Shown here: one piece after another, positions 63,875 through 64,000 of the stretch
How the letters are laid out: each line of letters starts with the position of its first letter
How positions within the stretch are numbered: the first letter of the stretch is position 1
Assembly (NCBI GenBank): GCA_049318305.1
Contig: JBMOGO010000004.1
Span: 653-64,652 of the forward strand
Source: Polymorphobacter sp.
GTDB lineage: Bacteria; Pseudomonadota; Alphaproteobacteria; Sphingomonadales; Sphingomonadaceae
DNA: 64,000 nt
Direction: 5' to 3'
The notes under the pieces: generated by a model
Seen by the model: only the letters and a program-made list of their open reading frames with translations
Told to the model about the DNA's origin: nothing
The model's database searches: none
Program-made: the position numbers and the translations under genes

Positions 63875-64000
63875 ATGACGGAAAGCTCACAGGTTCACAA
63901 TGAACTTCTGGCGCTGACAGCTGATATCGTATCGTCGCATTTTGCGAACAACACCGTCTCACCAAACGACGTTCCAGGGGTCATCGAAAGCGTCTATTCG
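63875..64000 (+). CDS. MucR/Ros family transcriptional regulator, N-terminal fragment (runs off the window end)
   Basis: MTESSQVHNELLALTADIVSSHFANNTVSPNDVPGVIESVY matches the conserved MucR/Ros N-terminus. ATG follows AAGGAAA. Confidence 0.65.
   Translation, partial: MTESSQVHNELLALTADIVSSHFANNTVSPNDVPGVIESVYS

Overview
High-GC (about 65%) alphaproteobacterial, sphingomonad-like chromosome segment; taxon is inferred from gene content (regB/regA, MucR, TIGR02186-type protein). All family names are by-eye motif recognition; no BLAST or HMM search was run. Layout: (1) 1-22.3 kb is host DNA: regB-regA redox two-component system with ankyrin and SCO/SenC neighbours, ycgN, a ygjP-like hydrolase, CoA-transferases including scoAB, a PLP decarboxylase, an acyl-CoA ligase, a two-domain cold-shock protein with a Gly-rich N-terminus, a TIGR02186/TauE pair, a MaoC-ACAD-2xCaiB acyl-CoA cluster, DUF1801, a fatty-acid hydroxylase and a membrane-anchored AraC regulator. 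(2) About 22.3-60.9 kb is one roughly 38.6-kb prophage. Its minus-strand late operon runs terS, terL, portal, scaffold, capsid, tail tubular A/B, internal core proteins, tail fiber and a lysis cassette. It also has an ArdC anti-restriction operon, a toprim-primase plus SF3-helicase replicon, a divergent cI/cro switch, an early operon of about a dozen small ORFs, and a tyrosine integrase at the right end. (3) 60.9-64 kb is host DNA: usp, nifU-like, rutE-like, tsaB, rimI and the start of mucR. No rRNA, tRNA or CRISPR array was seen. Most interesting in the prophage: a 32-unit in-frame hexanucleotide repeat encoding (Asp/Tyr/Ser-Ala)32 in an early gene; a four-gene cassette with a lower-GC 903-aa ORF between terL and portal; A8 and C9 homopolymers giving canonical -1 slippery heptamers in the small ORF between terS and terL, whose -1 frame is the open terL frame; a 983-aa virion protein with a possible small nuclease-like module; and ArdC behind a near-consensus promoter overlapped by a perfect palindrome. 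Three host genes carry apparent lesions: an in-frame TGA, a 1-nt frameshift, and loss of one Cys of the SCO CxxxC motif. Prophage attachment sites could not be defined confidently.
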